Shown here: piece by piece, positions 44,840 to 54,911 of the stretch
Layout of the letters: the number at the start of each line of letters is the position of its first letter
Numbering within the stretch: position 1 is the stretch's first letter
Source of the DNA: an uncultured Gemmatimonadales bacterium
GTDB lineage: Bacteria; Gemmatimonadota; Gemmatimonadetes; Longimicrobiales; RSA9
Reading direction: 5' to 3'
NCBI GenBank assembly: GCA_963783305.1
Contig: CAWAMW010000002.1
Coordinates: forward strand, 512,001 to 576,000
DNA: 64,000 nt
The notes under the pieces: model-generated
Told to the model about the DNA's origin: nothing
The model's input: the letters and a program-made list of their open reading frames with translations, nothing else
The model's database searches: none
Made by a program: the position numbers and the translations under genes

Positions 44840-47008
44840 TTGAAACGGACTCTCGACCTCCCCATCCGGGGCATGGACTGCGCTTCCTGCGCCGCGCACG
44901 TGCGCTCCGCCCTCGAGCGCGTCGATGGCGTGGATTCCGCCGATGTCCGCGTCGCCGCGGAGAAGGCCGTGGTCGAATACGACGACAGCCGCACCCGCTT
45001 CGACGACCTCGCCCACGCGGTCGTTTCCGCCGGATACTCCGTCGCTGCCGATCGACTGCCCCCGGGCATGCCGGACGGCGAAGATGGCGCGTCGGGTGCC
45101 GCAGCCGAGCGCGCCGCGGAGGCACGGGGATTCACTCGCCGCGCGCTCGGCGTGACCGGGCTCCTCTTCGGCTTCATCCTCGTCGTCGTCGTCGCGGGCG
45201 AGTGGCTCGGCCTCTTCGACATGGCCACCGAACGCGTGCCGTTCCCTCTTGGCGCCGCCATCGTCGCCCTGGTGGGCTGGCCGGCGTTCCGGGGAGTCAT
45301 CCGCTCCGCGCTCCGCGGCCGCGTCATCTCCCACACCCTCATGACCGTCGGGGTCGTGGCCGCCCTCCTCATCGGACAGTGGGTGACCGCCGCCGTCGTC
45401 GCCTTCTTCATGCGCGTCGGCGACTTCGTCGAGGGCTACACCATGGACCGGGGCCGCGACGCGCTCCGGGAGCTCGAGGCCCTCGCCCCCACCACAGCCA
45501 GGGTGGATCGGGACGGCGCCGAGGAGGAGATCCCCGTCGCCTCCGTCCGCCCGGGCGACCTTGTCGTGGTCCGACCCGGGGAGCGTATCCCCGTGGACGG
45601 CCGCGTCCTAGACGGCAGCGCCTCCGTCGAGCAGGCCACCATCACCGGGGAGTCCATGCCCGTCGACGTGACGGCAGGACACGACGTGTTCGCCGCCACC
45701 ATCGCCCGGGGCGGCGCGCTTCGCATCGAGGTCACCCGCGTCGGCGCTGATGCGACCTTCGGCCGGATCATCAGGATGGTCGAGGACGCCGAGGGGCAGC
45801 GAGGGCGCGTACAGAGCTTCGCCGACCGCTTCAGCACCTGGTACCTGCCGATCGTGGGCACCATCGCCCTGGCCACGTACCTGGTCCGGGGCGACGTCCT
45901 GGCCACCGCCGCCGTCCTCGTCGTCGCCTGCTCGTGCGCCTTCGCCATCGCCACACCCGTGGCCATGCTCGCCTCCATTGGCACCGCCGCCCGCCGCGGG
46001 CTCCTCATCAAGGGCGGCGCCTACATCGAGGCCCTCGCACGCGCCGACGTGGTGCTGGTGGACAAGACCGGCACGTTCACCGCGGGACGACCCAGCGTGG
46101 CCGAGATCGTCGCGCTCGACGGCTCCGAGCCCGACGAGGTGCTCCGCCTCGCCGCCTCCGCCGAGCGCGATTCAGAACACCCTCTCGCCGCCGCCATCCG
46201 CCACGAGGCCACCCGCCGCGGGCTCAGCCTCTCCGCACCCGCACACTTCCGCGCACTCGAGGGCGCCGGCATCGCGGCCGAGGTCGAGGGTCGACAGATC
46301 CTCGTCGGAAGCGCAGAGATCGCGCTCAGAACGGACGTCCCGGCCTCCCGGCCACCCGAGGCGGCTCCGACCGAGATCGAGAGGCTACGGGCCTCCGGAA
46401 TGACCGTTGCCCACGTCCGTCGCGACGGTCAGCTCATCGGCGCGCTGGGGCTCCGCGACGAGATCCGCCCGGATGTTCCCGCCGCCGTCGCCGAGCTGCG
46501 GGAAATGGGATTCCGCACCATTGAGCTGCTCACCGGCGACCACGAGCAGGCCACCGCGCCCGTGGCAGGAAGTCTGGGGGTCCAGCACCGCGCGGGGCTG
46601 CTCCCGGAGGACAAGATCCGGATCGTGCGAGAGTACCAGGAGCGCGGCCACACCGTGGTCATGATCGGCGATGGCGTGAACGACGCCCCCGCCCTCGCCC
46701 AGGCCGACGTGGGCATTGCCATGGGCGCCGCCGGTACCGACCTCGCCCTCGAGGTCGCCCACGTCGCCCTCCTCCGCGACGACTGGAGCCTCGTCCCCGA
46801 GGCTTTCCGCACCGCCCGGCGCACCATGGGCATCGTGAAGGGCAACTTCGGCCTGACGGGCGTCTACAACGTGGTGGGCCTCACCCTCGCCGCCACCGGC
46901 ATCCTACCCCCCATCCTGGCCGCCGCCGCACAGTCCATCCCCGACCTAGGGATCCTCGGGAACTCGGCACGGCTACTGAAACGACGGGACCCCCCCGGCC
47001 GGGGGTGA
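44840..47008 (+). CDS. Heavy-metal P1B-type ATPase
   Basis: HMA GMDCASC, TGES, ACSCA..IATP, DKTGT, SEHPL and GDGVNDAP motifs. Confidence 0.95.
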   Translation: MKRTLDLPIRGMDCASCAAHVRSALERVDGVDSADVRVAAEKAVVEYDDSRTRFDDLAHAVVSAGYSVAADRLPPGMPDGEDGASGAAAERAAEARGFTRRALGVTGLLFGFILVVVVAGEWLGLFDMATERVPFPLGAAIVALVGWPAFRGVIRSALRGRVISHTLMTVGVVAALLIGQWVTAAVVAFFMRVGDFVEGYTMDRGRDALRELEALAPTTARVDRDGAEEEIPVASVRPGDLVVVRPGERIPVDGRVLDGSASVEQATITGESMPVDVTAGHDVFAATIARGGALRIEVTRVGADATFGRIIRMVEDAEGQRGRVQSFADRFSTWYLPIVGTIALATYLVRGDVLATAAVLVVACSCAFAIATPVAMLASIGTAARRGLLIKGGAYIEALARADVVLVDKTGTFTAGRPSVAEIVALDGSEPDEVLRLAASAERDSEHPLAAAIRHEATRRGLSLSAPAHFRALEGAGIAAEVEGRQILVGSAEIALRTDVPASRPPEAAPTEIERLRASGMTVAHVRRDGQLIGALGLRDEIRPDVPAAVAELREMGFRTIELLTGDHEQATAPVAGSLGVQHRAGLLPEDKIRIVREYQERGHTVVMIGDGVNDAPALAQADVGIAMGAAGTDLALEVAHVALLRDDWSLVPEAFRTARRTMGIVKGNFGLTGVYNVVGLTLAATGILPPILAAAAQSIPDLGILGNSARLLKRRDPPGRG

Positions 47009-47047
47009 CAGCCTCACGATGGAATGGCAGGCGGGTGAGATCGTCGG

Positions 47048-47872
47048 TCAGTCGACGGACCTCGGCGCATTCGGGTGCTCCTCCACCACGGTCCGCGGAT
47101 CGTACGACACGCGGGAGTGCGGGGGAACGCTCCGGAGCAGCCACACGCTGCCGCCGATGACGCTGCCGCGGCCCACCACCGTGTCACCCCCCAGGATCGT
47201 GGCGCCGGCATAGATCACGACGTCGTCCTCCACCGTCGGGTGCCGCTTCGTCCGGGCCATGCTCTTGTCGACGCTGAGCGCCCCAAGCGTCACGCCCTGA
47301 TACAGCTTGACGTTGTTGCCGATGTGCGTGGTCTCACCGATCACGATGCCGGTGCCATGGTCGATGCAGAAGCGCCGACCGATCACCGCCCCCGGGTGGA
47401 TGTCCACTCCGGTACGCGCGTGCGCACACTCCGTCAGCACCCGCGGCAGCACCGGCACTCCCCGGCTGAACAGATGGTGGGCGATCCGGTAGATCGCGAT
47501 GGCGAGGAACCCCGGATAGCTGCGGATGACCTCGGCGAGGTCGGTGGCGGCCGGGTCGCCGGCGAAGATGGCGTCGGCGTCCTCGAGCAGCAGCGCCTTC
47601 ATCTGCGGCAGTCGTGCCTCCAACTCCTCCGCGAGGGCCTCGGGCGCGTCGGGCAGGCTCCCCTCCAGAGGTCGGAGCAGGTGCGTGAGACGATTCCTGC
47701 TCGCCCCCCACCGGTCCTTGAACTCGTCGAAGCTCGTGGGTCGGCCCCGGGCCATCTCCGGGAAGAGCAGGTGCAGCAGGTCGCCGACCCACGCCCGCAC
47801 CTCATCGGGGGACGCGCCGGGGGGCGCGGTCCGATGATTCTCGAACAGGCGTCGCAGCTCCGCTTCGTCCAT
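47048..47872 (-). CDS. cysE: Serine O-acetyltransferase
   Basis: GDPAA, SYPG, GVDIHPGA, IDHGTGIVIGET and KRHPT motifs. Confidence 0.93.
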   Translation of the reverse strand: MDEAELRRLFENHRTAPPGASPDEVRAWVGDLLHLLFPEMARGRPTSFDEFKDRWGASRNRLTHLLRPLEGSLPDAPEALAEELEARLPQMKALLLEDADAIFAGDPAATDLAEVIRSYPGFLAIAIYRIAHHLFSRGVPVLPRVLTECAHARTGVDIHPGAVIGRRFCIDHGTGIVIGETTHIGNNVKLYQGVTLGALSVDKSMARTKRHPTVEDDVVIYAGATILGGDTVVGRGSVIGGSVWLLRSVPPHSRVSYDPRTVVEEHPNAPRSVD

Positions 47873-47908
47873 CGCTCTCCTCCGGTGTGGCTCCGCGTCG
47901 GCGCCCGG

Positions 47909-48889
47909 CTACTCCAGCACGGCCTCGAGACCGTCCGGCAGTGACGGCTCCACCGCCTCGGTGTACAGCGGGTTCGACAGGTAGCGCTCGCCGAAGTCGC
48001 ACACGATGGAGACGATGAGCTTCCCCTCGTTCTCCGGCCGCGCCGCCAGCTGGAGCGCTGCCCACGTGATCGAGCCGGAGCTGATCCCGGAGAAGATCGC
48101 TTCTTCCCGCGCCAGCCGGCGCGCGGTGGCGAAGGCGTTCTCGTTGGAGACGCGGATCACCTCGTCGTAGATGTCAGTGTCCAGCACCTCCGGGATGAAC
48201 CCGGCGCCGATCCCCTGCTGCTTGTGCGGTCCGGGCGACCCGCCGGAAAGCACGGGGCTCTCCTCCGGCTCCACCGCCACCACCTTGAGCTCCGGCTTCT
48301 GTTCCTTCAGATAGCGACCCGCGCCCGTCACCGTCCCACCGGTCCCCACCCCCGCGACGAAGAGATCCACCTCGCCGTCGGTGTCCTCCCAGATCTCCGG
48401 ACCCGTGGTGCGATAGTGCACGCCGGGGTTCGCCGGGTTCCGGAACTGGCCGGGCATCCAGCCCCGGTCGCCGAGTCGCTCCGCGATCCCTTCCGCCCTC
48501 TGGATGGCTCCCGGCATCCCGTCCGCGGCCGGCGTAAGAACGAGTGTCGCACCCAGCGCCCGCAGGAGCTGCCGCCGCTCCACCGTCATGGAGTCGGGCA
48601 TGGTGAAGATGCAGGGGAAGCCGTACGCCGTCGCAGCGAACGCCACGCCGATCCCGGTATTGCCGCTGGTGGGCTCCACCACGACCATCCCCTCCCTCAA
48701 AGCGCCGCTCTCCAGCGCCTCCTCCACCATTGCGACGCCGATCCGGTCCTTCACCGATGCGTACGGGTTGAACCCCTCGTGCTTGACCACGATCCGGGCG
48801 CCCAGCCCCTCCCCCAGCTTCCGGAGCCGTATGAGGGGTGTGTCCCCCATGGTCTCCGTGATCCGGTCGTACAGCCGTCCTCTCGCCAT
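47909..48889 (-). CDS. cysK: Cysteine synthase A
   Basis: SVKDRIG, EPTSGNTG, GVGTGGT, QGIGAGF and GERYLS motifs. Confidence 0.96.
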   Translation of the reverse strand: MARGRLYDRITETMGDTPLIRLRKLGEGLGARIVVKHEGFNPYASVKDRIGVAMVEEALESGALREGMVVVEPTSGNTGIGVAFAATAYGFPCIFTMPDSMTVERRQLLRALGATLVLTPAADGMPGAIQRAEGIAERLGDRGWMPGQFRNPANPGVHYRTTGPEIWEDTDGEVDLFVAGVGTGGTVTGAGRYLKEQKPELKVVAVEPEESPVLSGGSPGPHKQQGIGAGFIPEVLDTDIYDEVIRVSNENAFATARRLAREEAIFSGISSGSITWAALQLAARPENEGKLIVSIVCDFGERYLSNPLYTEAVEPSLPDGLEAVLE

Positions 48890-48913
48890 CCGCTCCTCCT
48901 GGTCCGCGTGTCG

Positions 48914-51607
48914 TCAGTCGTCCCCACCCAGCTTCTTCCGCAGCAGCTCTTTCGCCAGCTCCGGGTTCGCCTTCCCCCCCGATGCGCGCATGACCTGACC
49001 CATGAAGAAGCCCAGCAGCGCCGGGCGACCCGAACGGTACTCCTCCACCTTCGAGGGATGCGCCGCCAGGACCTGCTCGACGACCGGCTCCAGCGCCGCC
49101 GCGTCGCTGATCTGCCGCAGCCCCTTCCGGTCCACCACCGCGCTCGGCGCTGCACCCGTCTCCACCATCTCCACCAGCACTTCGCGGGCCGTGCTGCTCG
49201 ACAGCGTCCCGTCCTCCAGCAACCCCACCATCTCGCCGAATTCGCTCCCGCCGAACGGCAGGTTGGCCAGCGTGCGGTCGCCGATCTCCCGCGGCAGCTC
49301 GTTCACCACCCAGTTCGCCACTCTCTGCGGCGATCCGCCCCCCTCCAGCGCCGCATCGAAGAAGTCCGCCAGTGCGGCCTCCCGCGTGATCAGCTCCGCA
49401 TCCTCCGCGTCCACACCCAGCTCCCTTTCCATCCGACGACGGCGCGCCTCGAGCTCCCGCGACCGCTCCGGCGCCGCGGCCTCCCGCAGACGACGGTGCT
49501 CTTCCACGGACAGCTCGGGGCCGCCCTTCCCGGAGCCACTCCTCCGGGCGTCTTCCCCCCCGGAGCCGCCGAAACCCCCGCCGACACCGCCACCGCCAGC
49601 GCCGCCGCCACCGCCGCCACCGCCGCCACCGCCGCCACCGCCACCACCGGCGACCACCGCCACGTCGCCCCCCCGCGCGCGCCGCGCCCAGGTATCCCGC
49701 AGCGTTACCGTACGGTTGAACACCAGCCGCTCAGCGGTGGAGTCCTCCGGGTCGCTCATGAAGTAGCCGAGCCGCTCGAACTGGTAGCGGCTGCCGGGAG
49801 GATCGGCCTCGACCGACGGCTCGATCCGGGCGTTCTCAACCACCACCAGCGAGTCCGGGTTCAGGAAATTGGTGAACTCCCGCCCGCTCTCGGCGGCCTC
49901 CGCGTCCGGGTCGGGCACCAGGAAGAGGCGGTCGTAGAGTCGGACCTCGCACGAGAGCGACCGCTCGGCGTCGACCCAGTGGATCGCGCCCGCTGGCTCC
50001 CACCCCTCCGGCGCCGCGCCCGCCGCGCTCTCAGGGGAGTAGCTGCAGCGGAGCTCGCGGATCGCTCCGGCGTCATCGCGTACCACGTCGTCGCAGCGGA
50101 TCACGTAGCCGTGGCGCAGCCGCACAGCGCGTCCGGGCGCCAGCCGCCTCCAGTCCGCGGGCGGGTCCTCGCGGAAGTCCTCGTCCTCGATGAAGATCTC
50201 ACCCGAGAACGGCAGCGGCCGCGTCCCCTCGCGCGGCACGTCACGAGGCCATGAATCCGCCTCGATCTCCTCGCTCTCACCCTCCGGGTAGTTCGTGATC
50301 ACCACCCGAACCGGGTGAAGCACGCAGAGGACCCGCGGCGCGCGGTGGTTCAGGTCGTCGCGGATGGCATATTCAAGCTTGCCCACGTCCACGCGGCTGT
50401 CCGCCTTCGTGATCCCCAGCATATCCCAGAACGCGCGCACCGCCTCGGGCGTGAAGCCGCGCCGCCGAAGCCCGGCGACGGTCGGCATCCGCGGGTCGTC
50501 CCACCCGCTCACCCGGCCCTCCCGCACCAGCGTGAGCAGCTTCCGCTTGCTCATCACCGTGAAATCCAGGTTCCCGCGCGCGAACTCGTACTGCCGGGGT
50601 CGCGTCGCCAGCCCGCTGTTCTCCACCACCCAGTCGTAGAGCGGCCGGTTGATCTCGAACTCCAGTGTGCACAGCGAGTGGGTGATGTCCTCGAGCGCGT
50701 CCTCGATCGGGTGCGCGTAGTCGTAGAGTGGATAGATGCACCACTCGTCGCCCGTCCGGTAGTGGCTCGCATGACGGATCCGGTAAAGCACCGGGTCCCG
50801 CAGCAACATGTTCGGCGACGCCATGTCGATCCGGGCCCGCAGCACGTGCGCCCCGTTCGGAAACTCCCCCGCCCGCATCCGCCGCAGCAGGTCCAGGCTC
50901 TCCTCCGCCGGGCGGTCACGATACGGGCTCGCCGTCCCCGGCGCCGTTACCGTCCCGCGACCCTCCCGTATCGACTCCTCGTCCTGGCTGTCGACGTACG
51001 CCTTTCCCTCCCGCACCAGGTGCTCCGCGATCTCGTACATCCGCGGGAAATAGTCCGAGGCGAAATAGAGGTGCTCTCCCCAGTCGAACCCGAGCCACTC
51101 CACGTCCCGCTTGATGGCCTCGACATAGGCCATGTCCTCCGTTTCCGGATTCGTGTCGTCGAACCGCAGGTGACAGCGGCCACCCGGCACCTCGCCCGCA
51201 ATCCCGAAATTCAGGTTGATCGACTTCGCGTGGCCGATGTGCAGGAACCCGTTCGGCTCGGGCGGGAACCGCGTGACGACTCGCCCGCCATGCCGACCCT
51301 CCCCGAGGTCCCTGGCCACGATGGTCCGGATGAAATCCCGCCCCTCCAGGGCCGCCGCCGCGCTCGTGGGCGCACCTGCGCCACCGGCCACGTAACCGAC
51401 CGCGCCAGGATCCGCACCGCCAGCCGCACCGCCAGCCGCACCGGCATCCGCACCGGCATCCGCACCGGTATCCGCACCGGCATCCGCACCGGCATCCGCA
51501 CCGGCAGCCGCACCGGCAGCCGCACCGCCGGCCGCACCGCCAGCCGCACCGCCGCCTGCACCGCCAGCCGCTTCCGACCCGCCTCGTCCGGTCCCGCTCG
51601 CCTTCAT
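48914..51607 (-). CDS. glnS: Glutamine-tRNA ligase with a C-terminal GatB/YqeY domain
   Basis: TRFPPEPNGFLHIGH, VMSKR and FERLGYF motifs; C-terminal GFFMGQVMRASGGKANP. Confidence 0.95.
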   Translation of the reverse strand: MKASGTGRGGSEAAGGAGGGAAGGAAGGAAAGAAAGADAGADAGADTGADAGADAGAAGGAAGGADPGAVGYVAGGAGAPTSAAAALEGRDFIRTIVARDLGEGRHGGRVVTRFPPEPNGFLHIGHAKSINLNFGIAGEVPGGRCHLRFDDTNPETEDMAYVEAIKRDVEWLGFDWGEHLYFASDYFPRMYEIAEHLVREGKAYVDSQDEESIREGRGTVTAPGTASPYRDRPAEESLDLLRRMRAGEFPNGAHVLRARIDMASPNMLLRDPVLYRIRHASHYRTGDEWCIYPLYDYAHPIEDALEDITHSLCTLEFEINRPLYDWVVENSGLATRPRQYEFARGNLDFTVMSKRKLLTLVREGRVSGWDDPRMPTVAGLRRRGFTPEAVRAFWDMLGITKADSRVDVGKLEYAIRDDLNHRAPRVLCVLHPVRVVITNYPEGESEEIEADSWPRDVPREGTRPLPFSGEIFIEDEDFREDPPADWRRLAPGRAVRLRHGYVIRCDDVVRDDAGAIRELRCSYSPESAAGAAPEGWEPAGAIHWVDAERSLSCEVRLYDRLFLVPDPDAEAAESGREFTNFLNPDSLVVVENARIEPSVEADPPGSRYQFERLGYFMSDPEDSTAERLVFNRTVTLRDTWARRARGGDVAVVAGGGGGGGGGGGGGGGGAGGGGVGGGFGGSGGEDARRSGSGKGGPELSVEEHRRLREAAAPERSRELEARRRRMERELGVDAEDAELITREAALADFFDAALEGGGSPQRVANWVVNELPREIGDRTLANLPFGGSEFGEMVGLLEDGTLSSSTAREVLVEMVETGAAPSAVVDRKGLRQISDAAALEPVVEQVLAAHPSKVEEYRSGRPALLGFFMGQVMRASGGKANPELAKELLRKKLGGDD
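49580..49660 (-). repeat. Poly-Gly linker (GGY repeats) between the GlnRS core and YqeY
   Basis: Runs of CCG/CCA on the plus strand. Confidence 0.85.
51411..51570 (-). repeat. 12-bp in-frame tandem repeat encoding GADA/GAAG in the GlnRS N-terminus
   Basis: About 13 imperfect copies of CCGCACCG(G/C)CA(T/G). Confidence 0.85.
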
Positions 51608-51719
51608 CCGGTCTCCTCGTTTCACGCTCCAGGCCGCTCCCACTCACCGCCGCTCTGGCGGGCGCTCGGGCTCATGAAGGTAATGTGCCACTCTGCGGGT
51701 GGGGAGGTCGGCGCCGGGC

Positions 51720-52685
51720 TCACGCCGGCTCCGCACGGCTGGCCAGCGCGCGATGATCGAGCGCCCGGGCCAGACGCACCAGCGTCGCCCGCTCCTCCTC
51801 TACGAGCTGCCGCCACGTCACACGGATGACCTGTACCCCCGCCGCCGCCAGGTCCATGTCCCGGCGGCGGTCGGCCTCGAAGCGGACGCGCCCCCTGTGG
51901 AACCGGAAGCCGTCCACCTCCCCGACGACCCGAAGCCCGGGCCAGAAGAAGTCCACTTCATACCCGGCGACCCTCACGTTCACCTCAGGCACCGGCAGAC
52001 GAGCCTCCCGGACCATCTCCAGAAACCGCCCCTCCGCCTCGGATCGGGTGAGCGCCGGCCCACCCTCCCGCTCCAGCACCGTCCGCAGAGCTCGGCTGCC
52101 GGGACGGCCGGCGTGCCTCGCCAAAGTGGCCGAGAGGCGAGTCTCCGTGACGATGCCCGACCGCAGAGCCCTCGCGACCGCCCTCTCCAGCACCCTCAGT
52201 TCCTCGCTGGCAGCCAGGTCCATCAGCGTTCGAGCCGGCGCCGTGACGGGAATGCCGGACACCCGCGCGATCTGCGCCTCGGGCATCGAATCGACCCGGT
52301 GCGGCCAGATGCCCGGCCTGCGGCCGCGGTTACCACCCACCACCGTCACGTGGACCAAACACCGACCCTTCGCCCGGGCCAGCATCTCCCACAGGCCGGC
52401 GCCCGTCCGGTGGCTGAGGCACGACCCCGGACCGCACGCCAGCAGCGCCGCTCGCTCCCGCACCCACGGCGGGACGACCACACCCACCAGATAGACGCCA
52501 CGCTGCAGCGGCCGGAGACGCGCCGCCTTCAGTCGGCGGTCAATCGACGACGCGCTGAGACCCACCTCCTCCATCAGCTGAGCGCGCGTGACCAGCCCGT
52601 GCTGCCGCTTCGCCAGCCGGGCGATCCGCTCGGCCTCGGGCACGGCCCCATCAGCAGTCCCTCTCCCACGATGTGAATCCGCCAT
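51720..52685 (-). CDS. AbiEi-like N-terminal domain + DUF559 (Vsr-like nuclease) protein
   Basis: QHGLVTRAQL, RGVY, SHRTGA, VTAPARTLMDL, EVDF, EVDGFRFH and DRRRD motifs. Confidence 0.85.
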   Translation of the reverse strand: MADSHRGRGTADGAVPEAERIARLAKRQHGLVTRAQLMEEVGLSASSIDRRLKAARLRPLQRGVYLVGVVVPPWVRERAALLACGPGSCLSHRTGAGLWEMLARAKGRCLVHVTVVGGNRGRRPGIWPHRVDSMPEAQIARVSGIPVTAPARTLMDLAASEELRVLERAVARALRSGIVTETRLSATLARHAGRPGSRALRTVLEREGGPALTRSEAEGRFLEMVREARLPVPEVNVRVAGYEVDFFWPGLRVVGEVDGFRFHRGRVRFEADRRRDMDLAAAGVQVIRVTWRQLVEEERATLVRLARALDHRALASRAEPA

Positions 52686-52833
52686 CCGTCACCGTCCCAA
52701 TCTCCGGTTCCCGATTACCCTCGCCGATCGGGGGTTAATCCCATCCCGCGGCCCCCCTCCACCGCCAGTGCGCATTCTCCCCCGTATAGCGAGGGCAATC
52801 CGCCAGCGGACAGAGCCAGCCGCCCCCGTTCAT

Positions 52834-52950
52834 CAGCCGAACCCACCAGCCGAACCCACCAGCCGAAGGCACCAGCCGAACCCACCAGCCGAACCCACCA
52901 GCCGAAGGCACCAGCCGAACCCACCAGCCGAGCGCCCCAGCCGAGCGCCC
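52834..52950. repeat. 13-bp tandem repeat, 9 units with higher-order structure
   Basis: CAGCCGAACCCAC (A), CAGCCGAAGGCAC (B) and CAGCCGAGCGCCC (C) in the order AABAABACC. Confidence 0.9.
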
Positions 52951-53162
52951 CATCAGGCAAAGTCCAGCAGCCAAAACCACCAGCCGGGAACCCGCCGCCG
53001 AAGTCCACCCATCCGGATGCCCGCCGCCGACCCTCCGGGTCCCGCCTCCGCGCGTCCACCAGCCATATCGCGGCGCGGGGAGGGCATGTCCATGGCAGGA
53101 TCGGCCGCCGCACCTCCCGCCAACCCGACGCCGAGACCCACCCGCACACCGTCTGGAACTCG

Positions 53163-53390
53163 GCGCGCCACCTCCCAACCGCACCACCTCCCAACCGCAC
53201 CACCCGACCGCGCCACCTCACGACCGCGCCACCCGACCACGCCGCAGCCCGATCGCGCCACCTCACGACCGCCGCACATCCCGACCGCGCCACCCCCCGA
53301 CCACGCCCCCCCCAACCGCGCCACCTCCCGACCCGCGCCACCTCCCGACCCGCACCACCTCCCTACGCCGCACCCGCACCCCCGACACCT
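53163..53390. repeat. Degenerate C-rich ~16-bp repeat tract
   Basis: Multiple CCGC(G/A)CCACCTC(C/A)C(G/A)A variants. Confidence 0.7.
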
Positions 53391-53438
53391 CAGCGCCCGG
53401 CGGATTGCCAGCCCCGGAGTCACTCGCCACCTTCGGGC

Positions 53439-54866
53439 ATGCCGAACCGCCCTGTTACCTCGACCCGAACATCCCTCCGCCGGGCGCTCATCGTCGCCGC
53501 GGTGTGCGCGACCGCCCCGGCTATCGGCACCCTGGCCACCGCCGCCCTGGCCACCACCGCCCTGGCCACCGCCGCCCCGGCCACCGCCACCCTGGCCACC
53601 GCCGCCCCGGCGACCGCTCTCGAGGCGCTCCCGGCGGCGGGCACCCAGCGCGCGTCGACCACCGCCACCCCCCGGGACTCCCTCCGCGTCTACCACCTGA
53701 CGTTCGGTCCTGGGGCGGCGGTATGGGAGCGGTTCGGCCACAACGCCCTGTGGATCCACGATCCGGTGGCGCGCTCGGATGTCGCGTACCATTACGGGCT
53801 GTTCGACATGAGCGAGGACGGCTTCCTTCTCCATTTCCTGCAGGGGCGAATGTGGTACTCGATGGGCACGGCGCCCGCCGGGTGGACGATCGAGGCGTAT
53901 CGCCGGGTCGGCAGGGATGTGACGGTCCAGGAGCTTCGGCTCTCTCCCGACCAGGTGCGGCGGCTCCAGGACTTCCTCGAGTGGAATATGCGCCCGGAGA
54001 ACCGGGTGTATCGCTACGACTATTTCCGCGACAACTGCTCCACCCGGATCCGGGATGCGCTGGACCGTGTTATGGACGGCGCGCTCCAGGAGGAGCTTTC
54101 GCGCCGCCCCTCACCGGTTACCTACCGCGGTCAGGCGGTGGCACTCACGGCCGAGGACGAGCTGCTGACCACCGGCATGGACTTCGGCCTGGGACCGCTC
54201 GCTGATCAGCCCATCACCCGCTGGGAGCTGGCCTTCATCCCCATGCGACTGAGCGACGACCTCCGCGATATGACGATCGAGCGCGAGGGCCGCACCGTGC
54301 CCCTCGTCGTCTCCGAGCGGCACCTCCCCGCAATCCGGGTGGGTGAGCCGGACCTCGCCGTCCCGCCGTCGGAGACCTCACCGCCGACGCGCGCGCCGGG
54401 GCTCCTGCTCCTCGGAGTCCTGATCGGCGGGATCATGGTGGGAGCCGGGGAGCTGACGCGGCGCGAGCGGACCTCGGGGCGCACCCGGTCCGCCGCGCGC
54501 TGGATCCTCGCGGCGAGCGGGACGCTGTGGGCGCTGCTGACCGGCGTGCTGGGGACGGTGCTGCTCGCGCTCTGGACGCTCACCGACCATGAGTTCGCCT
54601 GGCGCAACGAGAACCTGTTCCAGGCGAATCCGCTGGCGCTCGCCCTCGTCGTGCTCATCCCGCTGGCGGTCATCGGGGGGCGTCGGCGCGACGGGGCTCG
54701 GGTCGTGGCGCTGGTCCTCGCCTCGCTCTCGATGCTGGGGCTGCTCGTCCACCCGCTCCCGCTCACCCCGCAGAGCAACCTGCCGGTCATCGCGCTGGCG
54801 CTCCCGATCCACCTCGGGCTCGCGTGGGCGCTCCGGGCGGCGAGCCGCGACGAGCCGACCGCGTAG
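53439..54866 (+). CDS. DUF4105 / Lnb-like membrane protein
   Basis: FGHNAL, YHYGLFD and YRYDYFRDNCSTR motifs, then four TM helices; 15-bp ALATA-type repeats near the N-terminus. Confidence 0.82.
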   Translation: MPNRPVTSTRTSLRRALIVAAVCATAPAIGTLATAALATTALATAAPATATLATAAPATALEALPAAGTQRASTTATPRDSLRVYHLTFGPGAAVWERFGHNALWIHDPVARSDVAYHYGLFDMSEDGFLLHFLQGRMWYSMGTAPAGWTIEAYRRVGRDVTVQELRLSPDQVRRLQDFLEWNMRPENRVYRYDYFRDNCSTRIRDALDRVMDGALQEELSRRPSPVTYRGQAVALTAEDELLTTGMDFGLGPLADQPITRWELAFIPMRLSDDLRDMTIEREGRTVPLVVSERHLPAIRVGEPDLAVPPSETSPPTRAPGLLLLGVLIGGIMVGAGELTRRERTSGRTRSAARWILAASGTLWALLTGVLGTVLLALWTLTDHEFAWRNENLFQANPLALALVVLIPLAVIGGRRRDGARVVALVLASLSMLGLLVHPLPLTPQSNLPVIALALPIHLGLAWALRAASRDEPTA

Positions 54867-54911
54867 ACCGGCCGACCGCGGGACGCGCGGGCACAACGGG
54901 GGTCGCGCCGC

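Noticed and set aside
51720..52685. Complete type IV toxin-antitoxin (AbiE) system
   Set aside because: There is no adjacent AbiEii nucleotidyltransferase, and solo AbiEi-DUF559 genes are common in GC-rich genomes.
52834..52950. Possible CRISPR array
   Set aside because: The units are 13 bp and contiguous, with no unique spacers and no cas genes.
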